Below are positions 22,903-33,720 of a DNA stretch of 38,161 bases, piece by piece; the stretch's first letter is position 1, and each line of letters begins with the position of its first letter. A model generated the notes under the pieces. The model was not told the DNA's origin. It saw only the letters and a list, made by a program, of their open reading frames with translations, and did no database searches. The stretch covers positions 1 through 38,161 of the forward strand of contig NDHY01000007.1 of NCBI GenBank assembly GCA_003574845.1. Direction: 5' to 3'. Position numbers and translations under genes: made by a program. The DNA is from a candidate division NPL-UPA2 bacterium Unc8. Lineage in GTDB: Bacteria; NPL-UPA2.

Positions 22903-23894
22903 TCTTTCTTTAGCCATTTCATCAATGTGCGCAGTTTCCTGCCAGTCTCTTCTATTTTATGACCCGCATCTGTTCTGTCCAGAGCATTAAACACGGGTTT
23001 TCCTGCCATATTTTCCGATATCCACTCTCGCGCAAACTCTCCTGACTGAACTTCCTTGAGAATTTTTTTCATTTCTGCCCTTGTCTCATCGTCAATTATC
23101 CTCTTTCCACGGGTGAGGTCGCCATACTTAGCCGTTGTGCTCACCTGGCGTCTCATTCCTGCAATACCATCCTTGTGAATTAAGTCTACAATAAGCTTTA
23201 ACTCATGCAGGCACTCAAAGTAAGCCACCTCAGGCTGGTAGCCAGCCTCAACAAGTGTATCAAATCCTGCTCTTATAAGTTCTGAGACACCACCACAGAG
23301 AACGGCTTGTTCACCAAAAAGGTCGGTCTCTGTTTCTTCAGCAAAAGTTGTCTCCAGCACTCCAGCTCTGGTACCGCCAATTCCCTTTGCATATGCTAAT
23401 CCCACCTCTTTTGCTCCTCCCGTATAGTTCTGATGAATGGCAAGGAGACAGGGAATGCCTCCTCCATCAAGATAGGTTTTCCTGAGCAGGCTTCCTGGCC
23501 CCTTGGGGGCAACCATTAGCACATCTACTTCAAGAGGTGGGAGAATTTGTCCAAAATGAATGTTAAATCCATGTGAAAAGAGAAGGGCATCGTTCTTATT
23601 CAAACCTGATTTAATCTCTGACTCATAGATTCTGGCCTGGAGGTCATCCTGAGTAAGTATCTGAACTATCTCCGCACATTGTGCTGCCTCAGCAGCCGGC
23701 ATTGGCGTAAAGCCATCTTTTTTTGCCCGTTTCCAGTTAGGACTGCCATTTACATCGCTCACCACTACATCCAGTCCGCTATCCCTGAGGTTTTGCGCCT
23801 GGGCATGCCCTTGAATTCCATATCCAATGATAGCAATCCTTTTTCCCTTCAATGCCTTCAAATCGGCATCCTGATCATAATACATCTTTGCCAT
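22899..23894 (-). CDS. ilvC: Ketol-acid reductoisomerase
   Basis: [30 protein letters not shown]. Confidence 0.97.
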   Translation of the reverse strand: MAKMYYDQDADLKALKGKRIAIIGYGIQGHAQAQNLRDSGLDVVVSDVNGSPNWKRAKKDGFTPMPAAEAAQCAEIVQILTQDDLQARIYESEIKSGLNKNDALLFSHGFNIHFGQILPPLEVDVLMVAPKGPGSLLRKTYLDGGGIPCLLAIHQNYTGGAKEVGLAYAKGIGGTRAGVLETTFAEETETDLFGEQAVLCGGVSELIRAGFDTLVEAGYQPEVAYFECLHELKLIVDLIHKDGIAGMRRQVSTTAKYGDLTRGKRIIDDETRAEMKKILKEVQSGEFAREWISENMAGKPVFNALDRTDAGHKIEETGRKLRTLMKWLKKE

Positions 23895-23932
23895 TTTTCT
23901 CCTTCCTCAATCCATAATGTAGCACCAGTCTA

Positions 23933-23995
23933 TCAGCCTTCAGCCCTCAGCTATCAGCTATCAGCCTTCAATCCTTACCACTTACTACTTACGAC
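23933..23995. repeat. Two in-register heptamer arrays: (TCAGCYH-like) x6 + (TTACNAC) x3
   Basis: tcagcct tcagccc tcagcta tcagcta tcagcct tcaatcc ttaccac ttactac ttacgac; last unit overlaps the ilvN stop. Confidence 0.85.
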
Positions 23996-24471
23996 TTATC
24001 TCCTCTGGCCATAGCGATTCTTCCGGTACGCACAACCTCTTTTATTCCAAATTCTTTTAGCACTTCCAGCATTCCTGCGATTTTTTTTTCGTCACCGGTC
24101 ACTTCTACACTAAGGCTCCGGGTAGAAACATCTACAACTCTGGCCCGGAACAGAGAAACTATTTGCATTATCTCCACGCGTCTGGCTGGAGTGGCATCCA
24201 TTTTAATTAACACTAACTCCCGAGCAACAAAATTCTGACCTGTCAAGTCCTGAACTTTGATGACATCTATCAGTTTGCGTAGCTGCTTCACGACCTGTTC
24301 CAATATTTTTTCATCAGCATCAAGGACAATAGTCATCCTTGATATGGTTGAATCATCGGTTTTGCCAACCGCAAGGCTGCTAATATTAAAGCCCCTGGCA
24401 CTGAAAAGAGAGGCAATGCGTGCCAGGACACCTGACTTGTTTTCCACCAACGCTGAAATTGTATGTTTCAT
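23989..24471 (-). CDS. ilvN: Acetolactate synthase small subunit
   Basis: VENKSGVLARI, RGFNISSL, QLRKLIDV, RTGRIA. Confidence 0.96.
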   Translation of the reverse strand: MKHTISALVENKSGVLARIASLFSARGFNISSLAVGKTDDSTISRMTIVLDADEKILEQVVKQLRKLIDVIKVQDLTGQNFVARELVLIKMDATPARRVEIMQIVSLFRARVVDVSTRSLSVEVTGDEKKIAGMLEVLKEFGIKEVVRTGRIAMARGDKS

Positions 24472-24476
24472 TTAAG

Positions 24477-26147
24477 TTATGCCATTCCTCCTATCATCTT
24501 ATTGGTTGCTGCTCCTGCTGGAACCATTGGAAACACATTCTCTTCCGGGTCAATGTGAAAATCAATGATTACGGGCCCATCAATTGAGAGAGCCTTCTTG
24601 ATTGCCGGAGCAACCTCCTCCTTCTTTCTGACTAAGATTCCTGCTGCTCCGTAAGCTGCAGCAACCTTGACAAAATCCGGATTACCTTTAAGTGATGTGT
24701 AAGAGTACCGCTTTTTATAAAATAGTTCCTGCCACTGTCGCACCATCCCGAGGTAGCCATTGTTAAGCACTGCCACTTTGACGGGAACTTTATTGATTGC
24801 TGCCGTTGCCAGCTCCTGGATGTTCATTTGAAAACTGCCATCACCGGCAATGTCAAATACTATCTTTCCCGGGCATCCAATTTGAGCGCCAATAGCCGCT
24901 GGAAACCCATATCCCATTGTTCCAAGCCCTCCGGAAGAGAGGATGCTGCGAGGATTCTTGTAGTGATAAAACTGAGCCGCCCACATCTGATTTTGCCCAA
25001 CCTCCGTTGCAATAATTGCCTCTCCTTTGGTCAACCGATAGATTTCTTTAATGATAAACTGCGGCTTAAGCCCTCCATCATCACTATACACAAGAGGATA
25101 GGCTTTCTTCCATTTTACTATTCTCTTGTGCCAATTGCCGTAGTTACCTACATCTACAATTTTGTTGAGCTCATGAAGAACGTTCTTTGCATCACCGACG
25201 ATGGGAATATCTACTCTGACACTCTTGCTTATTGATGAAGGGTCAATGTCAATGTGAATAATCTTTGCTTGTGGGGCAAACTCATCCAGCCTCCCTGTTA
25301 TCCGATCATCAAACCGGGCACCGATAGCGATGATAAGATCAGACTCCATAATTGCATAGTTGGCGGTTCTTGTCCCATGCATTCCTAACATTCCAAGGAA
25401 AATGTCCTCGGTTCCAGGAAAACTTCCCAGCCCAAGCAGAGTGGCAGCCACCGGAATATTTGTTTTATTGACTAACTTCCTGAGTTCGTCAGCGGCATTG
25501 GAGATAATAACTCCACCACCAGTGCATATCAGTGGCTTTTTTGCTTTGAGGATTGCTGTTGCTGCTCTCTTTATTTGCTGAGGATGCCCACTATAGACTG
25601 GTTTATAACTTCTTAATTCCACCTCTTCTGGATATACATACTCGGTTTCTGCCGTTTGCACGTCCTTGGGAACATCAATTAGCACTGGCCCTGGCCTGCC
25701 GCTACGGGCAATATAAAATGCCTCTTTCATCATCCGCGGGAGCTCTCCCACATCCTTAACCAGGTAGTTATGCTTTGTTATAGGTCGGGTCACTCCGACA
25801 ATATCTGCCTCCTGAAATGCATCGTTACCAATCATTGTTGTAAAAACCTGACCGGTGATTGCTACGACAGGAACAGAGTCCATATTAGCTGTGGCAAGAC
25901 CAGTGACTAAATTTGTTGCCCCGGGCCCGGAAGTAGCTATACAAACCCCAACCTTTCCTGTTGCCCGCGCATAGCCATCAGCCATGTGCGCTGCCCCCTG
26001 CTCATGGCGGGTAAGGATAAATCTTATCTGGGCATCATAGAGAACATCAAAGATTGGAATCACTGCCCCACCAGGAATCCCAAATAGAACACCAACCCCC
26101 TCTTTCAGGAGAGCATCAATAATAATTTCAGCTCCACTCTTTTTCAA
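24477..26147 (-). CDS. ilvB: Acetolactate synthase large subunit
   Basis: [22 protein letters not shown] ThDP motif, GMVRQWQ; TTG 26147 with GAGGTG SD. Confidence 0.96.
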   Translation of the reverse strand: MKKSGAEIIIDALLKEGVGVLFGIPGGAVIPIFDVLYDAQIRFILTRHEQGAAHMADGYARATGKVGVCIATSGPGATNLVTGLATANMDSVPVVAITGQVFTTMIGNDAFQEADIVGVTRPITKHNYLVKDVGELPRMMKEAFYIARSGRPGPVLIDVPKDVQTAETEYVYPEEVELRSYKPVYSGHPQQIKRAATAILKAKKPLICTGGGVIISNAADELRKLVNKTNIPVAATLLGLGSFPGTEDIFLGMLGMHGTRTANYAIMESDLIIAIGARFDDRITGRLDEFAPQAKIIHIDIDPSSISKSVRVDIPIVGDAKNVLHELNKIVDVGNYGNWHKRIVKWKKAYPLVYSDDGGLKPQFIIKEIYRLTKGEAIIATEVGQNQMWAAQFYHYKNPRSILSSGGLGTMGYGFPAAIGAQIGCPGKIVFDIAGDGSFQMNIQELATAAINKVPVKVAVLNNGYLGMVRQWQELFYKKRYSYTSLKGNPDFVKVAAAYGAAGILVRKKEEVAPAIKKALSIDGPVIIDFHIDPEENVFPMVPAGAATNKMIGGMA

Positions 26148-26214
26148 GTCACACACCTCGTCTAGCAGTTTGCAGGGGTCAGTATTTCCTGTTAAGACTT
26201 TATTTAATTTTTCT

Positions 26215-27381
26215 TTAGTCGTCAAGCTTTTTATGTCTTCGGGGTAGTCCTTTTCCAATCTGGCAGACGACATCATGGGGAATGGTTCCTGCTTTTTGAG
26301 CTACTTCTTCTACAGTAATTTGATTGTCTCCTTGCTTTCCAATCAAGACCACCTCATCTCCAAGGCGAACATCGGAAACTTTACCTACATCCACCATCAT
26401 TTGATCCATGCAGATTCTTCCGACAATCCTTGTTCGCATTCCCTTAACTAATACCTCTCCTTTGTTAGAAAGGAAGCGGCTATAACCATTTGCATACCCA
26501 ATGGGAAGAATAGCAATAATTGTATCGTTTTTTACTGTGTATGCTCTCCCATAACCAATTGTCGCTCCTGCTATGGCTCCTCTCAAATGAAAAATTCGGG
26601 TTTTGAGAGTAAGCGCTGGCAGAAGACTCATAGTGGCTTCTTCAGTTCCTGAGGCTCTATCATGACGAGTACGATACGAATAGGTGGGATAAATTCCATA
26701 CAAGAGTAGTCCAGGACGGACAAGATTGAAGTAGCTTTCAGGAACATTGAGGATAGCTGCACTATTCGCTGCATGCTTGAGGGGGATATCTATCCCTTCT
26801 CTTGCAAGTGTTCTGAGGACAGTCTGAAAATCTTTAACTTGCGCAAGAGAGAACTCTCTATTCTCCTCTGCCACCGGGAAGTGCGTATAAATACCTTCTA
26901 TTTTTAAGTTCTTTAGACACATCAGGTTCTTTACAAATCCGATGGCGTGGTTGCAGGCAACTCCTGTTCTTCCCATGCCAGTGTCTACCTCTATGTGTAC
27001 CTTAACTTCTGTTCTTCTGTTTCTTGCTTTGCGAGATAAGACAACGGGAAGCTTATCCTCATAAACTGTGGCAGTGAGCTGATGCTCAACAATTATCTCT
27101 GCTTCCTGAAGAAGAGAGGGCCCAAAAACAAGAATGGGAATAGCTATCCCATTCTTCCTCAATGTAACCGCCTCATAGATATTTGACACGGCAAGATAAT
27201 CTGCCCCATGCTTAACAAGGGTATGAGAGACCTCACATATCCCGTGCCCATAGGCATCTGCTTTGACAACGCAAAGTATTCTTACTTCCCTTCCAACTCT
27301 TCTTCTGACTTCAGTTAGATTATGACTAATTGTCTCAAGGGAAATCCCTAACCAATTTTCCTGCCGCAAGATAACCCTCAC
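26215..27381 (-). CDS. alr: Alanine racemase
   Basis: [13 protein letters not shown] lysine, DTGMGR, VRPG, GRICMDQ. Confidence 0.96.
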   Translation of the reverse strand: MRVILRQENWLGISLETISHNLTEVRRRVGREVRILCVVKADAYGHGICEVSHTLVKHGADYLAVSNIYEAVTLRKNGIAIPILVFGPSLLQEAEIIVEHQLTATVYEDKLPVVLSRKARNRRTEVKVHIEVDTGMGRTGVACNHAIGFVKNLMCLKNLKIEGIYTHFPVAEENREFSLAQVKDFQTVLRTLAREGIDIPLKHAANSAAILNVPESYFNLVRPGLLLYGIYPTYSYRTRHDRASGTEEATMSLLPALTLKTRIFHLRGAIAGATIGYGRAYTVKNDTIIAILPIGYANGYSRFLSNKGEVLVKGMRTRIVGRICMDQMMVDVGKVSDVRLGDEVVLIGKQGDNQITVEEVAQKAGTIPHDVVCQIGKGLPRRHKKLDD

Positions 27382-28376
27382 TTCGTATGGTCTCTAATCC
27401 TGGCAAATATCATCCTCCCTGCCTCTGTTTGCAATGTGCTGATTACTACAATATCCGCGCTTTTTCCAATAAAGGCTTTCCCCTCTTCAACCACAATCAT
27501 TGTTCCATCATCAAGATAGGCAACCCCCTGGGCTGGTTCCTTGCCTTCTTTGGTTATCTTTACATTCATTACCTCCCCGGCGAGAATAACCGGCTTCAGG
27601 ACACTGGCAAGTTCATTTATATTAAGAACATCTACTCCCTCCAGCCTGGCGACCCTGCACAAACTAAAGTCATTCGTCAATATCTTTGCGCCTGTTTCTT
27701 TTGCCAGAAGAATAAGTTTCTCATCAACTGTCTTAACATCACGAAAATCCTGCTTGCTAATTACTATGTTGGCATCCATGCCTTTTTCCATCTTGTTAAG
27801 TATATCCAATCCCATTCTGCCCCGCTTCCTCCTCAGAGGATCGTCAGAGTCAGCTATTCTCTGAAGTTCCTGAAGGACAAAACGGGGAATGACAAGCGCC
27901 CCATCCAGAAAGCCGACATTGCAAATGCCGATGATACGGCCATCAATAATGACATTTGTATCAAGAATTTTGCGATTGTTTCTCTTAGTTGTCTTGCTAT
28001 ACTGACGTAGTGATGAGATAAAAGGAGTATCTTTTTCTCTCAGAAAAATTATCATTCCCGCATAAGTTAACACTAAGCCAAACCCTAACTTGAGGTAAAT
28101 ATCAAAATTCTGGGGAATGATAAACCTGAAGGAATGAGAGATAAGAACGGCAATTGCCAGTCCAATAATCATCCCGGCTACTCCTGCTATCAGTGCTCCT
28201 ACGTTTATTTTCCTTAAGGGAAACTCTATTAGAATGATGGCTATGCCACCTCCAAAACCTATGAGAAATGCTATGATCGGTCTTGCACCGATAGGATTAA
28301 TAATATAAAACACACCTCCACAGACTAATGCAAATACCAATCGTGTAGCATTTATTCCTGATATTAGTTCTTTCAC
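27378..28376 (-). CDS. Membrane PIN/TRAM domain protein (YacL-like)
   Basis: N-terminal TM helices, LDTNVIIDGRI PIN, GVAYLDDGTMIVVE TRAM; downstream of radA. Confidence 0.92.
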   Translation of the reverse strand: MKELISGINATRLVFALVCGGVFYIINPIGARPIIAFLIGFGGGIAIILIEFPLRKINVGALIAGVAGMIIGLAIAVLISHSFRFIIPQNFDIYLKLGFGLVLTYAGMIIFLREKDTPFISSLRQYSKTTKRNNRKILDTNVIIDGRIIGICNVGFLDGALVIPRFVLQELQRIADSDDPLRRKRGRMGLDILNKMEKGMDANIVISKQDFRDVKTVDEKLILLAKETGAKILTNDFSLCRVARLEGVDVLNINELASVLKPVILAGEVMNVKITKEGKEPAQGVAYLDDGTMIVVEEGKAFIGKSADIVVISTLQTEAGRMIFARIRDHTK

Positions 28377-29752
28377 TGTATTTCCTCCAACAAAGCTATA
28401 TTTAATGCTTCTTTAACTTCTTCCACTTCAATAAGTTTAATATCAACTCCCTTCTTTACTCCTTTAAGACTGCCTTTGCTTAAGATGCACTGGTTAAAAC
28501 CAAGCCTTGAAGCTTCCTTTATTCTAACAGCGACCTGGGCGACTCTCCTGAGTTCTCCTCCTAATCCAACCTCACCAATTGCCACCATCCTAACAGGAAG
28601 GGCAATATCACGGTAGCTGGAGACCACCGCCATTGCCACCCCCAGGTCAAGAGCAGGCTCACTTAGCTTTAATCCCCCAGCAAGATTAATAAATATATCT
28701 TTATCTCCAAGATGCACACCCGCTCTTTTCTCCAAAATTGACAACAATAACCCTGCCCGATTATAATCAATGCCATTTATCAGACGCCGCGGCATACTAA
28801 AACTTCTCTGACTTACCAGTGCCTGGACCTCAACCAGAAGTGGCCTCATCCCCTCCATACAGGGAATAACCATTGAGCCTGAAACCTTAGGTAGCCTCTC
28901 AGCAATGAAAAGTGCAGACGGATTTTCAACCTCCGTCAAGCCACGCTCTCCCATCTCAAAGATTCCAATCTCGTTTGTGGGGCCAAACCTATTTTTTACC
29001 ACTCTCAAGATGCGCAAATCTGCTCGAGGTTCTCCCTCAAAGTAAAGCACAGTATCGACCATGTGCTCAAGCACCTTGGGGCCAGCGATGGTTCCCTCTT
29101 TGGTCACATGACCAACAAGAAAGAGAGCGATTTCATTTCTCTTCGCCAGTTGAATGAGAGAATAGGCGCACTCGCGCACCTGGCTTATACTCCCAGGTGC
29201 AGCCGAAAGGTCAGGATGAGAAACTGTCTGAATAGAATCAATGACCACCATCCGGGGGCGCATTTGACAGAGCTGCTCCTCTATTGCTTCCAGGTTCACC
29301 TCTGAAAGAAAATACAATTTCCCTGCGGACAATCCAAGTCGCCTTGCTCGCAGTCCTGTCTGTTTTATAGATTCCTCACCAGAGACATAGAGTACCGGCC
29401 CATCCTTGAGTGCTATATTGTAAGATATCTGAAGAAGAAGGGTTGATTTTCCTACTCCCGGGTCACCACCAATTAGTATTGTTGAACCAGGCACAACCCC
29501 ACAACCCACAATTCTATCCAACTCCCCCATCCCGGTTGAAAATCTCTTCTCTGAATCAATACTTAGATGGGAAATTGGCTGCGGGGTAGCACTTGTGGTT
29601 TTCCTGCCATGTCTCCTTTGCACGATGACTTCCTCTGTGAGGGTACTCCAACTCTGACAATCAGGGCAGCGACCAAGCCATGCCATGCTCTCATATCCAC
29701 ACTCCTGACAGACAAATTTCTTCTTCTCTTTTTTAATAGTAATGTCTCTCAA
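28373..29752 (-). CDS. radA: DNA repair protein RadA/Sms
   Basis: CxxC...CxxC zinc finger, GDPGVGKS, KNRFG; TTG 29752 has a good SD. Confidence 0.97.
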   Translation of the reverse strand: MRDITIKKEKKKFVCQECGYESMAWLGRCPDCQSWSTLTEEVIVQRRHGRKTTSATPQPISHLSIDSEKRFSTGMGELDRIVGCGVVPGSTILIGGDPGVGKSTLLLQISYNIALKDGPVLYVSGEESIKQTGLRARRLGLSAGKLYFLSEVNLEAIEEQLCQMRPRMVVIDSIQTVSHPDLSAAPGSISQVRECAYSLIQLAKRNEIALFLVGHVTKEGTIAGPKVLEHMVDTVLYFEGEPRADLRILRVVKNRFGPTNEIGIFEMGERGLTEVENPSALFIAERLPKVSGSMVIPCMEGMRPLLVEVQALVSQRSFSMPRRLINGIDYNRAGLLLSILEKRAGVHLGDKDIFINLAGGLKLSEPALDLGVAMAVVSSYRDIALPVRMVAIGEVGLGGELRRVAQVAVRIKEASRLGFNQCILSKGSLKGVKKGVDIKLIEVEEVKEALNIALLEEIQ

Positions 29753-29779
29753 GGTAACCCTCACTCCGTTCGGCAAAAT

Positions 29780-29839
29780 CTGAAGGCTGAAGGCTGAAGG
29801 CTGAAGGCTACTTACAGCCTACAGTCTATAGCCATCAGG
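29780..29839. repeat. Inverted heptamer arrays (CTGAAGG)4 facing (CAGCCTA-like)3
   Basis: ctgaagg x4, cta ctta, cagccta cagtcta tagccat; directly after the dnaB stop. Confidence 0.85.
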
Positions 29840-31174
29840 CTATTCCTGATGGTCAGTATAACTTTCAAATCTTGTGTACTCAGCGATAAAGACAAATCTC
29901 ACTACTCCTATTGGACCATTCCTTTGCTTCTCAATCCTCAACTCAATCAGATGTTTATCTTCATCAGGGGATGGCCTATGAAGGAAGGCAACGAGGTCGG
30001 CATCCTGCTCAAGGGCACCGGATTCTCTCAGGTCTGAGAGCTGGGGGCGTGCTCCCTTCCCACGCCTCTCTACTTCACGGCTCAGCTGGGAAATGGCAAT
30101 CACAGGAATTTTCAGTTCCCTTGCCAGTGCCTTCATAGATCGTGATATCTCCGACATCTCCTGCTGTCTGTTTTCGCCTCTCGCATAACTGCGCATTATC
30201 TGTAGGTAATCAATGATTATTAACCCGATGTTTTCTTTTGATTTTAATCGCCTTGCCCTGGCACACAGCTCAACAGTAGAGATAGAAGGGGTGTCATCAA
30301 TAAATATGGGCGCTTCTTCCAGTCTTCCAGCAGCAAGGGTGAGATCGCTAAATTTAGAAGCGCTAAGATACCCACGGCGTAGCTTCATCCCATCTACTCT
30401 TGCCTCAGAACAGAGCATACGTAATACAACTTGCTCCTTTGAGGTTTCGAGGCTGAAGATGGCAACGGGAATCTTTTTATGAATGGCAACATGCTGGGCA
30501 ATGTTCATTGCAAGCGTTGACTTTCCCATTGACGGTCTTCCTGCAATAATTATCAAATCTGATAACTGCAGACCTGAGGTCTTCTCATCAAAATCAGGAA
30601 ATCCTGTCTCAATCCCTGTAACAAATCTCTTTTGTTGTGTTAGTGTCTCAGCAAGTTCAATACTGTCGGGAATAAGGTCCTTTATCAAGGCAAAGTCTCC
30701 CTTGATCGCTTCTTTGGAAATGCTAAAAACCTGGCTTTCTACACGGTCAAGAAACATCCCCACCTCTTGATTATCCTCATAACTATCGGCGATAATCTGA
30801 GTAGCTGTACTGATGATGTTGCGCAATATTGCTTTGTCCCTGACTATCTTCGCATAGTGCTCTATGTTTGCTGAGCTATAAACATAGTTGAGTAAACTGG
30901 TAAGGTAGGCGGCTCCACCAACTTTTTTCAGGTTTTTCTGTCTCCTTAGCTCCTCTGTCAGAGTTATCAGATCAACCGGTCTTCCATTCTCAAAGAGGGA
31001 TATGATGCTTGAGAATATTTTTCGATGGGCATCATGATAAAAGCTCTCTTCGCTGAGTAGCTCAATTGCTATGAGACTTGTTTCTTCCCCTAACATCATT
31101 GAGCCAAGAACTGACATCTCTGCCTCAATGTTCTGCGGTGGAACTCTTTGACGGCTTACATTCTGATCTGGCAT
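29840..31174 (-). CDS. dnaB: Replicative DNA helicase
   Basis: PPQNIEAE, GRPSMGKS, IDYLQ, DLRESGALEQDAD, KQRNGP; no intein. Confidence 0.98.
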   Translation of the reverse strand: MPDQNVSRQRVPPQNIEAEMSVLGSMMLGEETSLIAIELLSEESFYHDAHRKIFSSIISLFENGRPVDLITLTEELRRQKNLKKVGGAAYLTSLLNYVYSSANIEHYAKIVRDKAILRNIISTATQIIADSYEDNQEVGMFLDRVESQVFSISKEAIKGDFALIKDLIPDSIELAETLTQQKRFVTGIETGFPDFDEKTSGLQLSDLIIIAGRPSMGKSTLAMNIAQHVAIHKKIPVAIFSLETSKEQVVLRMLCSEARVDGMKLRRGYLSASKFSDLTLAAGRLEEAPIFIDDTPSISTVELCARARRLKSKENIGLIIIDYLQIMRSYARGENRQQEMSEISRSMKALARELKIPVIAISQLSREVERRGKGARPQLSDLRESGALEQDADLVAFLHRPSPDEDKHLIELRIEKQRNGPIGVVRFVFIAEYTRFESYTDHQE

Positions 31175-31194
31175 ACCTGAAGCGCCTCTATCTC

Positions 31195-31638
31195 CTACTC
31201 TTTAACTACCCATAATTTTATCTCGGCACTGAGAGCTGGATGAAGCTTTACTGGAATATGGTGAATTCCAAGAGTCTTTATTGGCTCAGTGAGTACTATT
31301 TTCTTCCGGTTGAGCTCAATTCCCTCTTCTCCAAGGGCAAGAGCAATATCAGTTGTGGTAACTGAGCCATAGAATTTCCCGTCCTCGCCAACTTTAACCG
31401 GGATTGTAACGGAGACTTTCTCCAGTCTATGGGTCATTTCTTCCAGCTTCTTTTTTTCTAATTCCGCCTGCCTTGCCTGCTGTTTTCGTTCTTCAGCTAT
31501 GAGATTAATATTTTTTGAGGTCGCTTTCAGGGCCAATCCGTGCGGGAGGAGAAAATTATGCGCAAACCCATCGGCAACTGTAACAACATCTCCTGCCTGG
31601 CCGATTCCATCCCTGTCTTCTCTCAATACAATCTTCAT
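31195..31638 (-). CDS. rplI: 50S ribosomal protein L9
   Basis: GDVVTVADGFAHNFLLP, GKFYGSVT. Confidence 0.96.
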   Translation of the reverse strand: MKIVLREDRDGIGQAGDVVTVADGFAHNFLLPHGLALKATSKNINLIAEERKQQARQAELEKKKLEEMTHRLEKVSVTIPVKVGEDGKFYGSVTTTDIALALGEEGIELNRKKIVLTEPIKTLGIHHIPVKLHPALSAEIKLWVVKE

Positions 31639-31660
31639 CGCTTTCTAACCTTGAACCCTT

Positions 31661-31719
31661 TTCTAAATTCTAAATTTCTAACAGCCTTCAACCTTCAGCC
31701 TTCAGCTTACTTTGTGCCT
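31661..31719. repeat. Mixed heptamer arrays (TTCTAAA-like)3 + (CARCCTT-like)4 + one AGGCACAA unit
   Basis: ttctaaa ttctaaa tttctaa cagcctt caacctt cagcctt cagctta ctttgtgcct between rpsR and rplI. Confidence 0.8.
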
Positions 31720-31720
31720 G

Positions 31721-31987
31721 TCAACTGTTACGCTTGACTACAAATGGTAAGATGGCTAAAAACCGAGCTCTTTTAATGGCAAGCGATACTATTCTCTGAT
31801 GCTTGGCGCAGTTGCCAGAGATTTTTCGCGGCAGAATCTTTCCGCGCTCGGTAGTGTGATTTCTTAGATTCACAGCATCTTTAAAGCTGATTTCTTCTTT
31901 CCTCTCTTTACAGAAGTAGCATACTCGCCGACGCATTGGACGTTCTGATAAACTTCTTTTCCGTGTCTTTAATTTTCCTCCTCTCAC
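31721..31987 (-). CDS. rpsR: 30S ribosomal protein S18 (Zn-binding form)
   Basis: CYFC...ERGKILPR...CAKHQR. Confidence 0.96.
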   Translation of the reverse strand: MRGGKLKTRKRSLSERPMRRRVCYFCKERKEEISFKDAVNLRNHTTERGKILPRKISGNCAKHQRIVSLAIKRARFLAILPFVVKRNS

Positions 31988-32409
31988 TCCTTTTCCTCCT
32001 CAGGGGAATACCCATCAGTTACTTCTTTTTCATCTCTCTCTATAGAGGGCTCCACTCTCTCGTCCTGCTCGTCTGGTTTTGCCCTGTCCAGAAACTGGAC
32101 ATTTCTTGCCACCACCTCTAATGCACTTCTCTTTTCTCCACTTTGCCCCTCCCATGAGCGATACTGAAGCCTGCCATCCACACAGACCTGACTCCCCTTG
32201 GCAAGGTATTGTTCACAGTTCTCAGCCTGCTTTCCCCAGACCACCACAGTGACATAGCAGACCTCTTTCTTCTTCTCGCCTTCGCGGGTTGTAAAGTCGT
32301 AATTGATGGCTAAGTTAAGATTGACTACTGCTGCTCCGGCAGGGGTATAGCGGAGTTCAATGTCCCGAGTCAGTCGTCCAATTAAAATTACTCTGTTTAA
32401 ATCAGCCAT
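31984..32409 (-). CDS. ssb: Single-stranded DNA-binding protein
   Basis: LNRVILIGRLTRD, KGSQVCVDGRL; ATG 32409 with AGGAGG SD. Confidence 0.96.
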   Translation of the reverse strand: MADLNRVILIGRLTRDIELRYTPAGAAVVNLNLAINYDFTTREGEKKKEVCYVTVVVWGKQAENCEQYLAKGSQVCVDGRLQYRSWEGQSGEKRSALEVVARNVQFLDRAKPDEQDERVEPSIERDEKEVTDGYSPEEEKE

Positions 32410-32445
32410 TTTCCTCCTCCTCAATGCACCAGTTTAAGAACTAAT

Positions 32446-32736
32446 TCAACCTTCATCTTTACAGAGAATTAAGTGCCTTAGAATTGAATCTTCAAGATTG
32501 TAAGATTTTTTTAGCTCAGCAATTGCCTTTGGTGGAGCATTAAAGTCTATTGAAAAGTAATACCCCTCTCTTCTCTTTTTAATCTCATAAGCAAGGCTTC
32601 TCTTCTCTAATTTTTCTTTCTTTTCTACCTTTCCTTTGTGCTTACTGATTATCTTCTCAATCTTGGCGATTGCAATTTCGGCTCCATCTTCTCCAGGCTC
32701 AGGGTCAATGATAAACACTCCTTCATATTCTTTCAC
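32446..32736 (-). CDS. rpsF: 30S ribosomal protein S6
   Basis: EYE, LAYEIKK, GYY, ILRHL; GTG 32736 with AAGGAG SD (ATG 32751 is an alternative). Confidence 0.95.
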   Translation of the reverse strand: MKEYEGVFIIDPEPGEDGAEIAIAKIEKIISKHKGKVEKKEKLEKRSLAYEIKKRREGYYFSIDFNAPPKAIAELKKSYNLEDSILRHLILCKDEG

Positions 32737-32794
32737 TTTTCTCTCCTTCATTCATTTGTAATCCACTCAAATTCTCTTTATCAGGGGTAGAAGC

Positions 32795-32824
32795 AGTGTA
32801 TCAGAGAAAAAGAGAAGATGTCAA
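32795..32824 (-). promoter_or_regulatory. Candidate promoter for the rpsF operon
   Basis: TTGACA-18 nt-TACACT with extended -10 TGn. Confidence 0.6.
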
Positions 32825-32856
32825 GGCAAAACGAGTTGCCTCACCAAAAATTCATA

Positions 32857-32885
32857 TAGACAGTTTTCAATCTCTATGGTATTCT
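32857..32885 (+). promoter_or_regulatory. Candidate promoter for the SDR gene
   Basis: TAGACA-17 nt-TATTCT with TGn. Confidence 0.55.
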
Positions 32886-32901
32886 TATGCAGGTAATAAC
32901 A

Positions 32902-33654
32902 ATGGATTTTTCTCTGAAAAGTAAGGTGGCTCTGGTAACCGGCGGTAGCCGTGGTATTGGGAAAGCCGCTGCTCTGGGGCTTGCTCAGGCAGGAGCAGAT
33001 GTTGCTCTTGCCAGCCGAAAGCTTCCGGACCTGGAGAAGGTAGCCGAGGAGATAAAGGGGCTGGGCAAGAAGTCTCTGGCAGTAGCGGCGCATGTGGGTC
33101 GGCTGGAGGAGATAAATAATCTGGTCGATCGGGTCAAGGCAGAGTTTGGCCGGATTGATATCCTGGTGAACAATGCGGGCACCAACCCGGTCATGGACCC
33201 GGCGCTGGAGATAAGCGAGCGTGCCTGGGACTCCATTATGAACCTCAACTTAAAAGGATTGTTCTTTCTCAGCCAGGCAGTGGCCAGAGTGATGAAGGAG
33301 CGGGGCGGAGGCGCGATAATCAATGTTTCCTCGGTAGAGGGGATTACCCCAGGCATATTGCCGGTCTATGCCATAAGCAAAGCTGGAGTGATTATGGCGA
33401 CCAAGGTAATGGCGCGGGAATGGGCTAAATACAATATCCGGGTGAATGCAGTAGCCCCGGGACTGACCAGGACTGGCTTCAGTGTGGCTCTGTGGAGCAA
33501 CCCGGAGATCCTGGAGGTTGCTATGAGCAGAACTCCTATGCGGCGGATAGCCGAGCCTGAGGAGATGGTGGGGGCTATCATTTACCTGGCCTCCGATGCC
33601 TCCAGCTATGTAACCGGGCAGACCTTTGCCATAGATGGAGGTACTACTATATAA
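32902..33654 (+). CDS. Classical short-chain dehydrogenase/reductase
   Basis: TGGSRGIG, NNAG, YAISK (YxxxK), IRVNAVAPG. Confidence 0.93.
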   Translation: MDFSLKSKVALVTGGSRGIGKAAALGLAQAGADVALASRKLPDLEKVAEEIKGLGKKSLAVAAHVGRLEEINNLVDRVKAEFGRIDILVNNAGTNPVMDPALEISERAWDSIMNLNLKGLFFLSQAVARVMKERGGGAIINVSSVEGITPGILPVYAISKAGVIMATKVMAREWAKYNIRVNAVAPGLTRTGFSVALWSNPEILEVAMSRTPMRRIAEPEEMVGAIIYLASDASSYVTGQTFAIDGGTTI

Positions 33655-33658
33655 AAGA

Positions 33659-33690
33659 AGGCACAGAGGCACAAAGGCACAAAGGCACAA
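33659..33690 (+). repeat. Octamer array (AGGCACAR) x4
   Basis: aggcacag aggcacaa aggcacaa aggcacaa, starting 5 nt after the SDR stop. Confidence 0.9.
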
Positions 33691-33720
33691 ATAAAGACGT
33701 GGTATAAAAGCAGGTTTGAA

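Noticed and set aside
26148-26276. N-terminal extension or leader peptide of ilvB
   Set aside because: Overlaps alr; a TTG with SD at 26147 matches the normal start; no Ile/Leu/Val-rich leader or terminator seen.
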